Assembly (NCBI GenBank): GCA_013239625.1
Contig: MU056050.1
Coordinates: forward strand, 2,094,084 to 2,158,083
DNA: 64,000 nt
Direction of reading: 5' to 3'
Origin: Lama guanicoe
Lineage: Eukaryota
The position numbers and the translations under genes are program-made. Positions 52,201-64,000 of the stretch are shown in pieces. The notes below the pieces were generated by a model that worked only from the letters and a program-made list of their open reading frames with translations, did not search any database and had not been told where the DNA came from. Positions within the stretch are counted from its first letter, which is position 1. The number at the start of each line of letters is the position of its first letter.

Positions 52201-54926
52201 GCCAGCACTATGAAAAACAAGGTAGGAAATTCAATTCAAGAACTATTGATTGAGTCCTGACCCATTTAACCATACCGAGTACTAGATATGGTGGGTCGGG
52301 GAAAGGACATGTCTTCCATGCTACAGTAATAGGGGTGATGAGGCAACACGATAGTTCTGGAAGGCAGAGTATGATAAATATCTTAAAATGTATGAGTCGG
52401 CTTTCCTGCTTTCTCCGATTTCTGGGCTACTGACCATCACTGAATGCTTTTTTTGCTGACTGAGAATCTTGCAAGCCTCAACGTCAGTGAGCTTTGCTTA
52501 GACTTGGAGACACAGATGAAGAGGGAGAAAGGTAATATGTTCCAAGGCCAGGACACAGCCTGGAGGTTTATCATTTACCTCTATCCTTAGAGTACAGAAC
52601 CACAAATGTCTCCATTAATAAGTTTCTGGTTGATCAAAGCTGTGCCATATATGTATATATAAATATCGTCTTAGTCCTTATAATACCTGGAAAATGCCTC
52701 AAGGGAAATTCCTATTATTTAGAAATTCTTGGCAGTTGGATTCTGATAAATTGAGGTTTGTTTGTTCATCACAAGCCTATCATAACTTCCCCATTATCTC
52801 CGTATCTACTGTTATACTCCTGCTCGGATGCCCTTTGCACATAGAAACAGATAGTAGATTGCAGTAACGATTTATTAAATCCAAAGACCGTCTCTCCCAT
52901 CCATTAACACCAGCATTTTAGGATCAAGGCTGGTACCTTATTCTAAAATTATAAAAATATGAACCAATTCAAATGGAAAATAATATACAAATACTCTACT
53001 TTGTTCTGAGTTAATGCCATCACTTAAATCAAATGAAACCTCAGATCTATTCTTTAAAAAAAAAAAGGAAAGGAAGGAAACATTAACCATATATAGCTAT
53101 TTTATCCATCCACAGACAATGAACATGTTTCACTTGGCATGAGGGGAAGACACCCTGACACCATTCCTTTGTGTGGTTTGTACTGTGAACGTCCCAGTTA
53201 AGCTATTGTAGGCACTGAGAGATTGACAAGGTCCTATGGATTTGAATTACTTGTAAACATTAATAAAATTTTTTTGGAATCATCATCCAACTTTATCAGG
53301 AAATTTTTTCTAGATTAAGAGCAACAAAAATATAGCAATTAAAAGATTTCTCACACAGCTGCATGATTACAGGAGCCTTGTCCTAGATTCTAACAGATGC
53401 TGTAACAAACAGTTTCACAAGGGCTGCAAGAACCACAGTTGACAACAGTGATGCAAAAGCTACATATTGTTTATGCTCACACTGCCACGGGGCCCTTATG
53501 TTAACTTTTTAATTCTTTTTTCATTTTATATTTCAAATTATTTAGACCTCTAGACTCCCTTACAGAGAGACACTGAGAAATGCGAAGTAAGTGCAGTAAC
53601 AAAAAATAAAATAAAATGTGCAGACTCAGGTTCTTTACCGCACTAACCCTGAAGGGCAAAGGCCATTGACTGACCCACACTGACGTCTGGACTTTGATGA
53701 GACTGAGTGTGGGAAAGAGCCCTTGATCAGTTTGATGCCAGTGTTACCAACCACCCACCTGGCCCTCTCAGTCAAATTAATCCCATCCTTCTTGGGGCAG
53801 CTTTCTTTCCGCCCAGATTTGACAGGGTCAAACTGTCTCTGCCCAAAGGTTATAACAAACTGACGAGCAAGGGGCACTATTCAGCGGGCCAGGGCTTGGG
53901 AAGATTGTGACAATGAAGTGTCACGTCACTAGAAGTAGAGCTAAAGTGAAAGAGATTAGTAGCCAGACACCACTTTTCTCCCTCCAACATTTTTAAATAT
54001 ATATTTAACTACCAAACAGCCTCCCAAATGTACATGGACCACCAACGCCCTACTCTGTAAAAGAATAGCAATTGACTGATTGACAAATATCTTCTGAAGT
54101 CATCCTGCCCTGGGCCAAAGACTAGAAAGTTGGCTGAGTTCTATCTTAAGATCACTGTGTGATCTTGTACAGCCACCTTGCCTTTCATCATCTTCATCAT
54201 AAAATAGAAAACTCTTTCCCTGCCTTACCAGAACAACATTAAGATGAATCAGACAATTTCTCTAAGGTATTCTAAGATTCCCAGAGAGGGCAAGTCTTCA
54301 AATATCGAGCATTATAATTAAGAGTCACTGCACCTCATTTCTTAAGGAGGAGACAGTGAATAAGGAAAGGAATGTGTGGTCACTGAGCCTGAGAACTCAA
54401 AGAGCATTTAAGCTCCTTCTATAATCTGAGGCAGGTCTCAAGAGAAGGAGACTGATGTGGTGGAGTCAGAGAGGAGGCAAGAGTTTGGTGGTTAGAACAT
54501 GTTCCCCAGATATTTGGAGTCTTCATATTTGCCTTTGACAGTGTGCTGTTACTTTCCCATGATCATCTTAAAGGTCTGGATTTGTAAGCAAGAGATTCAT
54601 CCAAGAGGATGACGAGTGTTTTGGTTATGGTTTTGTGAGCCCAACAGGACTGTCCTACCATAGCTGGGTTCATTGGTTGTAAACAAGGGTACTGTACTCA
54701 GACTTATGTGGTTTAACTTAAATTATTTTCATGCTTTTAATTGCCCCAACAGTGGAAATTTTGGCTCTAGCTATAAACTGGATCATTATTGAGGACAGGG
54801 TCAGGAAGGGTGCAGTCTCTTTCAGAGCTCAGCATTGGCAGAAAATGTGCCCACTAATCTTAAGAATGAGGACCCAGAAGAGGGAAAACTGGATGAAACG
54901 ATCTGAAACAATGCTATCTAAAAGAT

Positions 54927-54954
54927 GCACGCACACGCACACGCACACGCACAC
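54927..54954. repeat. (GCACAC)n simple repeat
   Basis: gcac gcacac gcacac gcacac gcacac. Confidence 0.9.
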
Positions 54955-56544
54955 ATATGCACGTCTGCACTTGCAGGAGTAAATAAGAGGGAAGAACCAA
55001 AGTGGAGTGAAATCTCAGTAATGCTGCATCTTAGATTAAGAAATGAGGATCCAGGGACACTGAAGCAATGGACCAGGCAGTAAAAGAAAGTACTAGAGAA
55101 AGCTTCTTAATAGCCATTCTTAAGTGCCTTTCCATCATTACTATCTCTTCAAGAGCTCTGAGAGTCCTTTTCACTTCTCTTGACCTATTTCAAACTACTG
55201 CCTGTGCTTAACTTGAGAACCTCCTACTCAATAAATTGCTTCTCCTCCCTCTTCCCTGGCCAATATAAAATCAATTGTTGCTTGACAGACTGCTTTGTTG
55301 CAGTTTTCTCAAAGGCGCAAAGGAAAGAAACGCACCTTATTTGTACACACATTAACTTAATTTCAGTCTCACCCACTCAAGCACAGCGCAATCCTTCAAA
55401 CTCTGACCCTAGCCCCTTGACTAGTTGGTGTCCATGGCAACCACCACCATGCCACTCAGAGAGAGTTGCAACGAGTGGCAGGAAAGTGCATTTCCCAACA
55501 GAGCCATCAGCTCTTCTGTATTAGCTGCATTGATAACAGGTGGCAGCAGACCATCCCCGAAACCTCGGGCATTTGCTTCCATTAGGGAGGGGTAGTGTTG
55601 TTCATGTCTCCTCCCCAGGAGAGTGATGGGCTGCTTCTCACACCCAACCTGTTGAAGATCAAGCACTAAGTGTGAAATATTGAAACTGAGTAGGAGGATC
55701 ATTTTTGCCTGAGAAAACTTCCCAGTAGGCTACTTCCCCAGTGACTCTGTCCACCGGAGCCTCCACCACAGCACCTTGCATGCTGAACGACAGCCAGTGA
55801 GCTCAAACCTCTAAAAGACAATACACATAAAATTCAGGACATCCTATCCACTTTCTTTTATGGTCCTTACCACTCAGTGACCTACAACTCTTTCTCTTAA
55901 CTTTCTTAACTCATGTCAAGAATGTATGCATGATAATCTTGCCATCAAACTATGTTTTTTGAAGAAAAAGAAAGATGTTAATAATGGTCCAGGTACTGGA
56001 GGATTTATGAGCAAGAGAAAATGGTATGGTTTCTCCAAATATAGATTCAGCCAGCAGACTGTTTTCATGAGTTGCATATTATTTGCTTTGCTCAGAGAGC
56101 TTAGCTAAAAAGTCGTCAGATGGAGATGAATTTCCCTTTACTGTACTCCAGAGGAAGATGGGGATGGTTTTATCTGCAATCTCTGCAACAGAACCCAACA
56201 CATCTAACAAAGACTTTTTTGCATGAAGAGGACTAGTTCAGGCTCAATTCTTTGTAGAAACTGGAAAGGACCCCTTATTCAAGTGTCCTCTTCACAGAAT
56301 CTACATAAATAGGAATAATATTTGAAGTGGGAGAAACAAGTGAATGGTTTTATCTTAACTACATGGGAAAAAAAAAGGAAACAGAAGGCTCTTATGCACA
56401 GTCCTTTCCAATACAACTGTTGAAAGGTAAAGAAATGGTTTCAAGCTGTCTTTGAAAGCAAGACATTCCTATTCATGCTGCCTGCGTCTGTCGTCCTGGA
56501 TGAGAATTAGTAATAAGCTTCAAGAAAAAGTGAAAACCAAATAA

Positions 56545-56750
56545 GACGTGGGTCCAGCTCTCCAGGAGCTCATGGTTTAGAAGGGAGGCAGCCAGGTAAA
56601 CAGATGATCACAGTCTAGAGTGGTCAGTACAGTGACAGAGGAGAACACAGAGTCTAATGGGAAATACAGAAGAAACATGCCAACCTCAGCCTGACTTGGG
56701 GATCAGAGAGGCTTTCTCCTGATGGTTTGTTGAACTGAGTCTTCAAGGGC
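56545..56750 (-). mobile_element. L2 fragment
   Basis: gtccagctctccaggagctcatggtttag...atcagagaggctttc...tgaactgagtcttcaagg. Confidence 0.65.
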
Positions 56751-57642
56751 CAATAGTTCATCCAGTTTGGTGGAAGGGGGTGGAAATGTATATTTGCACA
56801 GGTATGACAAGCCCCACTTACTTGTCACAGTGAATGCTAATAAGCAGTGCCAATTAGGAAGTTGAGAATAACCCACATGTCATAAAGCAGAATGGTGGAA
56901 ACTTGCTACCAAGAAGAACACAGGCTATATCGGCCAGAACACAACTCTCTCTTGCATCATGACCTTTTGATCTGCAATAAACAGAATTATTTCCATTAGA
57001 AAATACAGCAACATGGTACTCAAGTGAGGAGTTTCTGCTTAGGGATTAAACTACCCCGTCACACAACAATGAAGAAACTGACATGCTGAGAGAGGGACTA
57101 ATACATAATGGCCACACAAGTAGGGAGAGAAAGAGCAAGGATTTAAACCCAGATCTGGCTCCAATGTCCACCTTCTTTGTGCCACACCATCCAAGATTAT
57201 GCCAATACATGGACCAAATAGGTAACTACACCTGGGCTCCCCTGAAAAGGCCAACTGCCTTCTCACCGCCATCCCACTTCCCACCCAACTGCCTGGAATT
57301 GGTGTCGAGGTTAAGAGTCTATTCGTAAGAAAATATACTACACCAGAAAGATCATCTTTGAAGTTAATATAACTTCCCATCCTTCTTCTCTATATTTGGA
57401 GTCCTCACCTTTTTCATCATCCACAAACATTGACTGAATCCCTGCCTACAGTTATGCTGAATGATGTGCTGAGTGATGTACACACTAGTGGTTTTAAACT
57501 GGGGCCCTGCCCTCTAGGACTTAGAGTCTCATGGGGATGGCAGAACCCATGCCTAGTTTGGGTAAACAATTAGTAGTCTGAGGGAAAGATGAGAGGTAGA
57601 AACCTTACAGGAATTCACAGGAGGGAGTGATCACTAGACAAT

Positions 57643-57768
57643 GGCACTAGAATGGAGGCTTCATGAGGACAAGGTGCTTTGTGTTTTGTTTATTGCCATA
57701 TCCCCAATGCCTAAAACAGTTTGGAACCTAGTACGTGCTCAGTAAATATTTGTTGAATTAAATAAATA
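57643..57768 (+). mobile_element. L2 3' end
   Basis: cactagaatggaggcttcatgaggacaagg...tatccccaatgcctaaaacag...gtgctcagtaaatatttgttgaat. Confidence 0.85.
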
Positions 57769-59009
57769 GCTTCTTGATATTTTTCAGAGGAAAAAAAAAA
57801 AAGTCCCAACGTTTATCAATTGGAAAACAATTCCCAGTCCTGTGTGCACTGCATATTGTGGCTTTTACTCATGGTCCATCACACAAACTCCCCAGGGAGA
57901 CTTGTAGAAACAATTGCTCAGCCCCTGGCTTAAACCTTTGCAACATCCTCACAGAACTGTGTCCTCTGCTGCTCCCTGCCGTGGAGGGGTATTTCCCAGT
58001 GATGAAGGGTAACGCGGCACCAGGGCTTTTTGTCTGTTTATTTGTTCATTAGGACCTCAAGCTCTTTTCAGCAAAAGGCACAGCCCTCCGATAGCAATGC
58101 AATTCTGGGAGACACGACTCCATTATTTGCTTGGCTCATCTAACAAGGCAGAACGCAGATTCTGATTTAAAAGCAAGCTCCTTTAATGAGTTTTGGTTAG
58201 GCTTGAAGGATAAACAGTTGTGATTACTGTCAGTAGGTATAGGTTGTAAATCTCTGTCTTAGATGCTTAGATTCCATTAAGGGGGACTCAAATGGGCATC
58301 ACAATACAATTCTCTTCAAAACAGTGGAATTGGGAAAGAAAAGCAGCTTCAAAAGCAGTCATTCGTGCATCTCCGAATGGTCAAGTTCTTGGTCTCCCAA
58401 GGCTTTGTACTGGGTTATAATTTTTTTCACTTATTTTATTTTTACCATTGTACAAATTCTTATTACACTTGGCTTCCAGAGCTTGGGAAGATATGGGTAA
58501 TTAGAATGTATCACAAGACTGAAGGGAAATCCAAGTATTCACATAAAAAGATAAGTGAAGATAAAGCCATCCTGTTCTCACCGTGACTCACACTAACCTC
58601 ACGGTACCACAGTGCTGTGCCAGCATGTAATTTCAAGTCAAAGATTTCTATTAACATGAATGGAGAAGGATCCGATTTTGTAATAAAAAAATTGCTAAAT
58701 GTGTGTGCTCTCTGACTTCTTCCAAAAGCCCACAAAGCCAAAATCATTTTCAGCTCTGTGGGCACACCTCCTAAGAAATTAGAACATCGTGTACCACCAC
58801 ACAGATATAGCGCTGAACATACTGCCTGCTGTGATCCTTTCCCCTTTCAAGAGGGGTAGTTCAGAAGGTACCTGGTTTATGGCAGAATAGAATGAAACAA
58901 TAAAAAGAGGCACGCACCTAGAGTAGCCTTATACTCTAAAATCAAAAGTCTTTGATTAGGAAACTTTCCTGGATTAAAGTAGGAATGAATACAGCCTTGT
59001 AGAACGTTA

Positions 59010-59175
59010 CATATTTTTTTCAAAGCTTTTCTGCAAAGTATCTCCTTCAATCCTCTGAGGGTGGTAGGGTTAATAGTGTCTTCTCCATTATGTAGATGAG
59101 AAACAGACATAAGAAGATGAAATAACTTGCCGGAGACCACATGGTTAGGAGCGCTGAATTCTAGTTCTCACTTTA
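59010..59175 (-). mobile_element. MIR fragment
   Basis: tctccttcaatcctc...tccattatgtagatgagaaacagac...aataacttgcc. Confidence 0.7.
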
Positions 59176-60039
59176 CGTCCAGAAGGATGAATTTGGACAG
59201 CAGCAGCAGAGCTCTTGTTATCCCACATTAACCATGCCCTGCTCCAGTCAGCTCCCCTGCTTTTGAAAGATATGGCTAATAACCTTTTCTTTGGGCTTGG
59301 GCACTTCTCTTTCCCCCTTCCCCACTCTGTTTCCTGAAAGAACAATTAAGATCCATCTGGGACTAATTATAGCGATTCTTGAATTTGAACTTGCAGCCAT
59401 TACCCAATTGAGGTCACTTATTTTAAATTAACTTGCCTGGTCAGAACACAGGTTTGGTTATCTTCAGAGCCCAGTGCAGAGAGGCACCAGCTCACTCAGA
59501 CTTTTAATTAACTAGCTAAATAACCTGCACTGTGACAAACTGCCTATGATTTGATGGAGTCATTCATTTGCATGCAGACAAGGATCAAAATACATTGTCA
59601 GAGCTTCAGGGACCAAGTTCCTAGAAGCCTTCACACAGTCTCTTGTTCAAGGCTGGGAGCCTCTTCCCTTTGGTTCCCTCTAATTATTTTTCCTGTGCTT
59701 TTGTTCTGATTATCCAACATTCATCACAAGTGCAGCTTGTGATTAAACAATGACAACTCATGTCATATGCTGATAAGGAATCGAAAATTGGAGTCATAAT
59801 CATATGAACCAAGCCCAAGGCTCTGAGAAATAATTAGGGGAAACCAAAGAGAAATTCCCAAGATGCTCCACAAGAAAGGAGAATTTTCAAAGATTCAGGC
59901 TATAACTGCTCCTTACTTAGGTAGCAATGCATAATAACGGGTAGGTAGCCAGTCTTTGTTGAATTGACTTTATGGTGGGAGCTGAGTCCCAGAAATAATG
60001 ATAGTTCTTTTGATTACTAATTATTATCATAGCTGCTAA

Positions 60040-60282
60040 TACTAAGGGACCGGGGTTGGGGTCAGACACATCTGATTTTGACTCCAGGCTCCATCATTTT
60101 CTGCCTGTGAGGCCTCAGGCAAGTTATTCAACTTCTCTGTGCTTTAGTTACTTCACATGGAAGATAAAATTAAGAATAGTGCCCACCTTAAAGGGTTGAC
60201 TTTGATGGCATAAAATACTTAAAAAAATCACTTTACAGAGTGCCTTGTACACACTAAGTTCTCAATAAATGTTAGCTTATGT
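60040..60282 (+). mobile_element. MIR SINE
   Basis: gggtcagacacatctg...ggcaagttattcaacttctctgtgc...gtgccttgtacacactaagttctcaataaatgttagct. Confidence 0.85.
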
Positions 60283-60689
60283 TTGTCTTCTGTTACGTAC
60301 CACTACCAGGCCTTTGTCCAGGGCGTCTTCCCACCTGGAATCCTCCTTCCCTTCTCTCTGCCAAAAACAGTCACCCCCTATCCATCATTCAAAATCTAGT
60401 CTAAAAGACATCTTCCTCTCCAGGGGGAAGGTCTTCCCTGAATCTGAACTTGTTCAATGCTCATCCCCTCAGTCCACTTTTCTAGATTTTATATTATTTT
60501 AATATATATGACACCTTCATCTACTGCTTCATAAGCAATGGGGACTTTTCTCCAGGGTGTAGCCAAGCCTTCGTGTTAGATACATTTATTGAGCACCACC
60601 TTGGTGCCATCCACTAGGGCTGTGTGCTGTGCAGATGAGTAAAGAGATAGGGATGGCAGAAAAGGCAGCGATATTGGTCGGATCCCCTT

Positions 60690-60905
60690 ATATCTCAGGC
60701 ACTCTGCTAGGAATTCTGCATTTCTGCATTTAGGCCTCACAAAAACCTTAAGAAGTAGGTGGGACCATCAGAATAATGATCCCCACTTTACAGATGTGGA
60801 AAGTGAGGTTCAGCGAGGGAAAATAACTTGTCCGAAGTTACTCAGCTGCAAAGAGGAAGAACTGATGTTCTAGGTCGGTCTGACTCCAGAGTGTACTCCC
60901 ATCAC
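60690..60905 (-). mobile_element. MIR SINE
   Basis: caggcactctgctagg...ccccactttacagatgtggaaagtgaggttcag...aacttgtccgaagttactcagctg...gtctgactccagag. Confidence 0.8.
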
Positions 60906-61018
60906 CATTATGCTTTCCCGCCCACCTCATCTTTTTTTTTTTATCAATTGCAGTGATGCATATCAAGGCAATGTGTCAACTGGAAAGTGCAATATATGTG
61001 ACATAAGGACACTGCAGT

Positions 61019-61442
61019 TACAGCAGATGCTGTTGGTGTCCTATCCATGTTTGGCGCTAGCCTTTTTCATATGTGCCAACAGGATTCTATTGTAAGCATG
61101 TGCTATTCTCCATTTGAAGACTTTCTCTCAGCCTGAGAGTGAGACAAGTCAGAAGTGTTAGGGAGGAATGAATGCTCCCTACAGAAGCCGTTGAGTCAAT
61201 GGTGAATGGGAATTGAAAGACACAGACTTCCGCTTCCTGGCCCTTCCGGTGGGTGGGCAAGCGCACTCCCGGGGCACTCAGAGCTCCCCCGCTCATTCAT
61301 GCCCCTGGGCAGGCTGCTTTCCCTTTGCTGCTTCATATCCTCTCTCCCCAACTAGTGCTTCCTGGAATCAACTCCCAATTAAACTACGGGCCATCAAATC
61401 TCTGTCTCCGGGTCTGCCTGTGGTGCAGTCCTGCCTTAAAAC
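61019..61442 (+). mobile_element. LTR16-family (ERVL) solo LTR
   Basis: Starts tacagcagatgctgttggtgtcc and ends gtgcttcctggaatcaactcccaattaaactac...caaatctctgtctccgggtctgc. Confidence 0.75.
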
Positions 61443-61645
61443 TAGAATCTTTCAGAAATTCTTCCTTTGCATCTTTCCCAGGAGTCTGGGTGAGTGTCCT
61501 CAGGCAGCCCCCTCCCTGCCTGCCCAGGGCTTCTCATGGGAGTTCCCCAAGGGAGCACCCCATAAGCTCAGTGTCTCCCTTCCCACCCCCTTTCATGAGA
61601 ACCCATCATTGAGCTTTTCAGAGTGCCTTTATTATCACAGGGAAA

Positions 61646-61814
61646 GGTAGTTCTGCAATGTCAGCGTGCATCAGAATCATCTGAGTGTTCAAATGCAAAC
61701 TCCCTGGCCGTAACCCAGACTTTGTGAATCAGACCCTCCGGAGAGGTGCCCAGGCACCTGCATCTTCACAGCTACTCCAGGTGATCCACATAGCACACAC
61801 TTTGAGAAATAGTG
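61646..61814. mobile_element. MER5-family hAT-Charlie MITE
   Basis: gtgcatcagaatcatctg...tgaatcagac...ctgcatct...ctccaggtgat...cacactttgagaaatagtg. Confidence 0.75.
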
Positions 61815-62649
61815 TCCTAAGGCATTCCTGGGGCTGGGCCTCCAAGGATGGTGGATCATGTTCCTTAAGGTTGTCTCTACCACCAAGGCCTCTGTGGATT
61901 CAAGTGAGAAAGCCCAGAATAGCTATGCCTCCTTGCTCCTGAAATGAAGCGTGGGTAAGCCAAGGTCCAGTTGTTACTGTCAGAGTGGGGACGGCCCAAG
62001 ACGCCTGAGCGACAGCGTACAATGCAGAGGAGAACTCCACCTCACTGACTCTGCCAAATTTCTGCTCTCGCCTCTCTCACCACCCGCTCCCAGCCCCCAT
62101 TCTTTCCTGTGGTAGAAACATTGTGATGACCACACATGAGAAATTAGGTTATGGCCTGTCCTCCTTTGTCTCTAGGCGGAACCACCCCCTACCTCCACCT
62201 GCCCCCAAGTCACACATACATCTTCCTCCTAACCACGGTTTCTGTGTGATTTGAATTCATGGTTCTGATCCATGCTGGAGGCAGGAGAGGAGAGGGCAAT
62301 GGAGGGTGGCAGTGTGAATTACTGTCTTGGTTCGCCCCCAGTTCAGCTTACCCTCTGAACTCCAAGTGTAAACAGCAGCTCCTTCCCTGTACCTCCAACC
62401 CAGTGCTATCCTAACCAGTGGCCCCAGTAACCCTCTGCGCTGGGCTCTGAGGCCACTCCATCTTCCTCACCCTATAGCAGCAGGGAACTACTTCTCTACA
62501 TTTTGAGAGTGATAACACAGAATCAGGGAAGGCTTCGTGGAGGAGGCTGCATATGAGCTGGGCCTTGAAGGATAGGTGTGATTGCTGCAGGGAAGGGTAG
62601 AGGGAAGGAGCATTGCAATAGGAATGAGGAAAGGAAAATATAACTAATA

Positions 62650-62970
62650 TAGGATAAGTATCAGGCACTGGGTTAAGGCTATAGAAACATTATTTCATTT
62701 GTTCCTCACTGCAGTTCTATGAAGTAGGTACTAATGACAGACCCATTTTAAAGACGAGGATTCTGAAACACAGAGGGTTTAAGTTAATTGTCCAAAGTTA
62801 CACAGCTATTAAAGGACAAAGTAGGGACCCAAACTCAGGCAGTCTAGCCTACACTCTCACTTCACTGCGTCTCAATGATTATGTTCCCTGATTTACAGAT
62901 GGAAAACTGAAACTGAGAGGTTATGTAACTTGCCTAAGATTACACAGTTTGTAATTTGCAAAGCAGGGAT
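62650..62970 (-). mobile_element. Two tandem MIR fragments
   Basis: ccattttaaagacgagg...tgtccaaagttacacagcta; tttacagatggaaaactga...aacttgcctaagattacacag. Confidence 0.75.
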
Positions 62971-63424
62971 GCATTGCCCTTAGCAGATCCCCTTCTATTT
63001 ACTATATAGCCATTTATAACCCTTCTAACTTAGCTTTTCCAATCAATCATTTCAGTCACAATTTCTTAGGGAGCCAGCCCTGGCTTGCCATCACAACAAA
63101 TGCCTACAGTTGGTCCAAACAAAAAGCTTTCCTCAAATGTGTAAGCATAGTAACACAGCGAGGCTCTCCTGAAATCAAGAGAAATAGCCCTCTGAAATAC
63201 ATCTCTCTTTGTTTTCAAAATAGTATTCTCTTTAAGTTACCTGTTTGTCAGGCTCCCACTTATAAAAACCACAGGGAAAAAAATTTTTAGGTCTTTAGTT
63301 GGAGACAAAGTACTTTCTACCTCTAGCAGGCTATGAGTTAATCATTCTCGCCTCAGTATGTTGTCCATATTTCTGTTCTCACACTTCTCCTGCTGGGTTA
63401 TAGTTGTCTGTTAACTTGACAGTC

Positions 63425-63542
63425 TTTCCTACTGTAGTGCTGAGATCCTCTAGGCTAGGGACCAGGTTTTGATGACCTCTGTCTCCCTAGTGTCTGGCCC
63501 CAGGATTAGTACAGAGCAGGCACTCAACAAATGTTCACTGAA
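63425..63542 (+). mobile_element. L2 3' end
   Basis: gagatcctctaggctagggacc...ctctgtctccctagtgtctggc...aggcactcaacaaatgttcactgaa. Confidence 0.75.
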
Positions 63543-63818
63543 AGAAGAGACAAATAAAATGTAGTTAAGAGAAGCAACCCTTGCATCCACAAAAGACTTC
63601 AATCCCTATTCCTTCTGAGTCCAGTGCCGTGCAAGTAAACTGGCTAGCAAGGTGAGGAAAAAAAGCCTCAACTTGTAGTGCTGCTGATCTCCGTGGGATC
63701 AATATTCCCACTGTGGCTGATTCAAGCTACCAATGGTTTATCGTGTCAGGATAACCACAAAGGTCCATGAGCCATCAGATGAGGAAGATAATGGAAATTC
63801 TAATGGCAAGAGTGAAAG

Positions 63819-63840
63819 ACCAAACCAAACCAAACCAAAC
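63819..63840. repeat. (CCAAA)n pentanucleotide repeat
   Basis: accaaaccaaaccaaaccaaac. Confidence 0.9.
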
Positions 63841-64000
63841 GTCTGTGAATGAGGAGAATCTGTTTTACCCCCAATGAACTAAGCCTCTATTGTCTGTCAT
63901 CCATTTGCGAATCGAGATAAACTTAAATGACATGGCTCCCAGAAGAGGGAGAAACCTGCCAAGTAAGCAACTATCCTGAAAACCAAAGGTCCCCAAAACA

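Overview
Mammalian genomic DNA, almost entirely intronic. The only protein-coding sequence I can support is one 188-nt internal exon on the + strand (41664-41851). It encodes part of the amino-terminal domain of the AMPA receptor subunit GluA3 (GRIA3; exon 4 by human numbering), so the window most likely lies within GRIA3 introns 3 and 4. GRIA3 is X-linked in placental mammals. Three tRNA-derived SINEs resemble camelid Vic-1, and I saw no Alu, Bov-A/BovB, PRE-1 or SINEC, which suggests a camelid genome. The rest is a typical eutherian repeat landscape: MIR, L2, CR1/L3, L1, MER hAT MITEs, MaLR/ERVL/ERV1 LTRs and microsatellites. I found no evidence of a new biological system. The points worth a second look are structural: a twin-primed inverted L1, nested transposon stacks, a sense-oriented solo LTR, an unexplained 45-bp near-identical duplication, inverted MIR pairs, and a weak exon donor with an open read-through. 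Repeat family names come from recalled consensus sequences, and boundaries are approximate unless TSDs are given.
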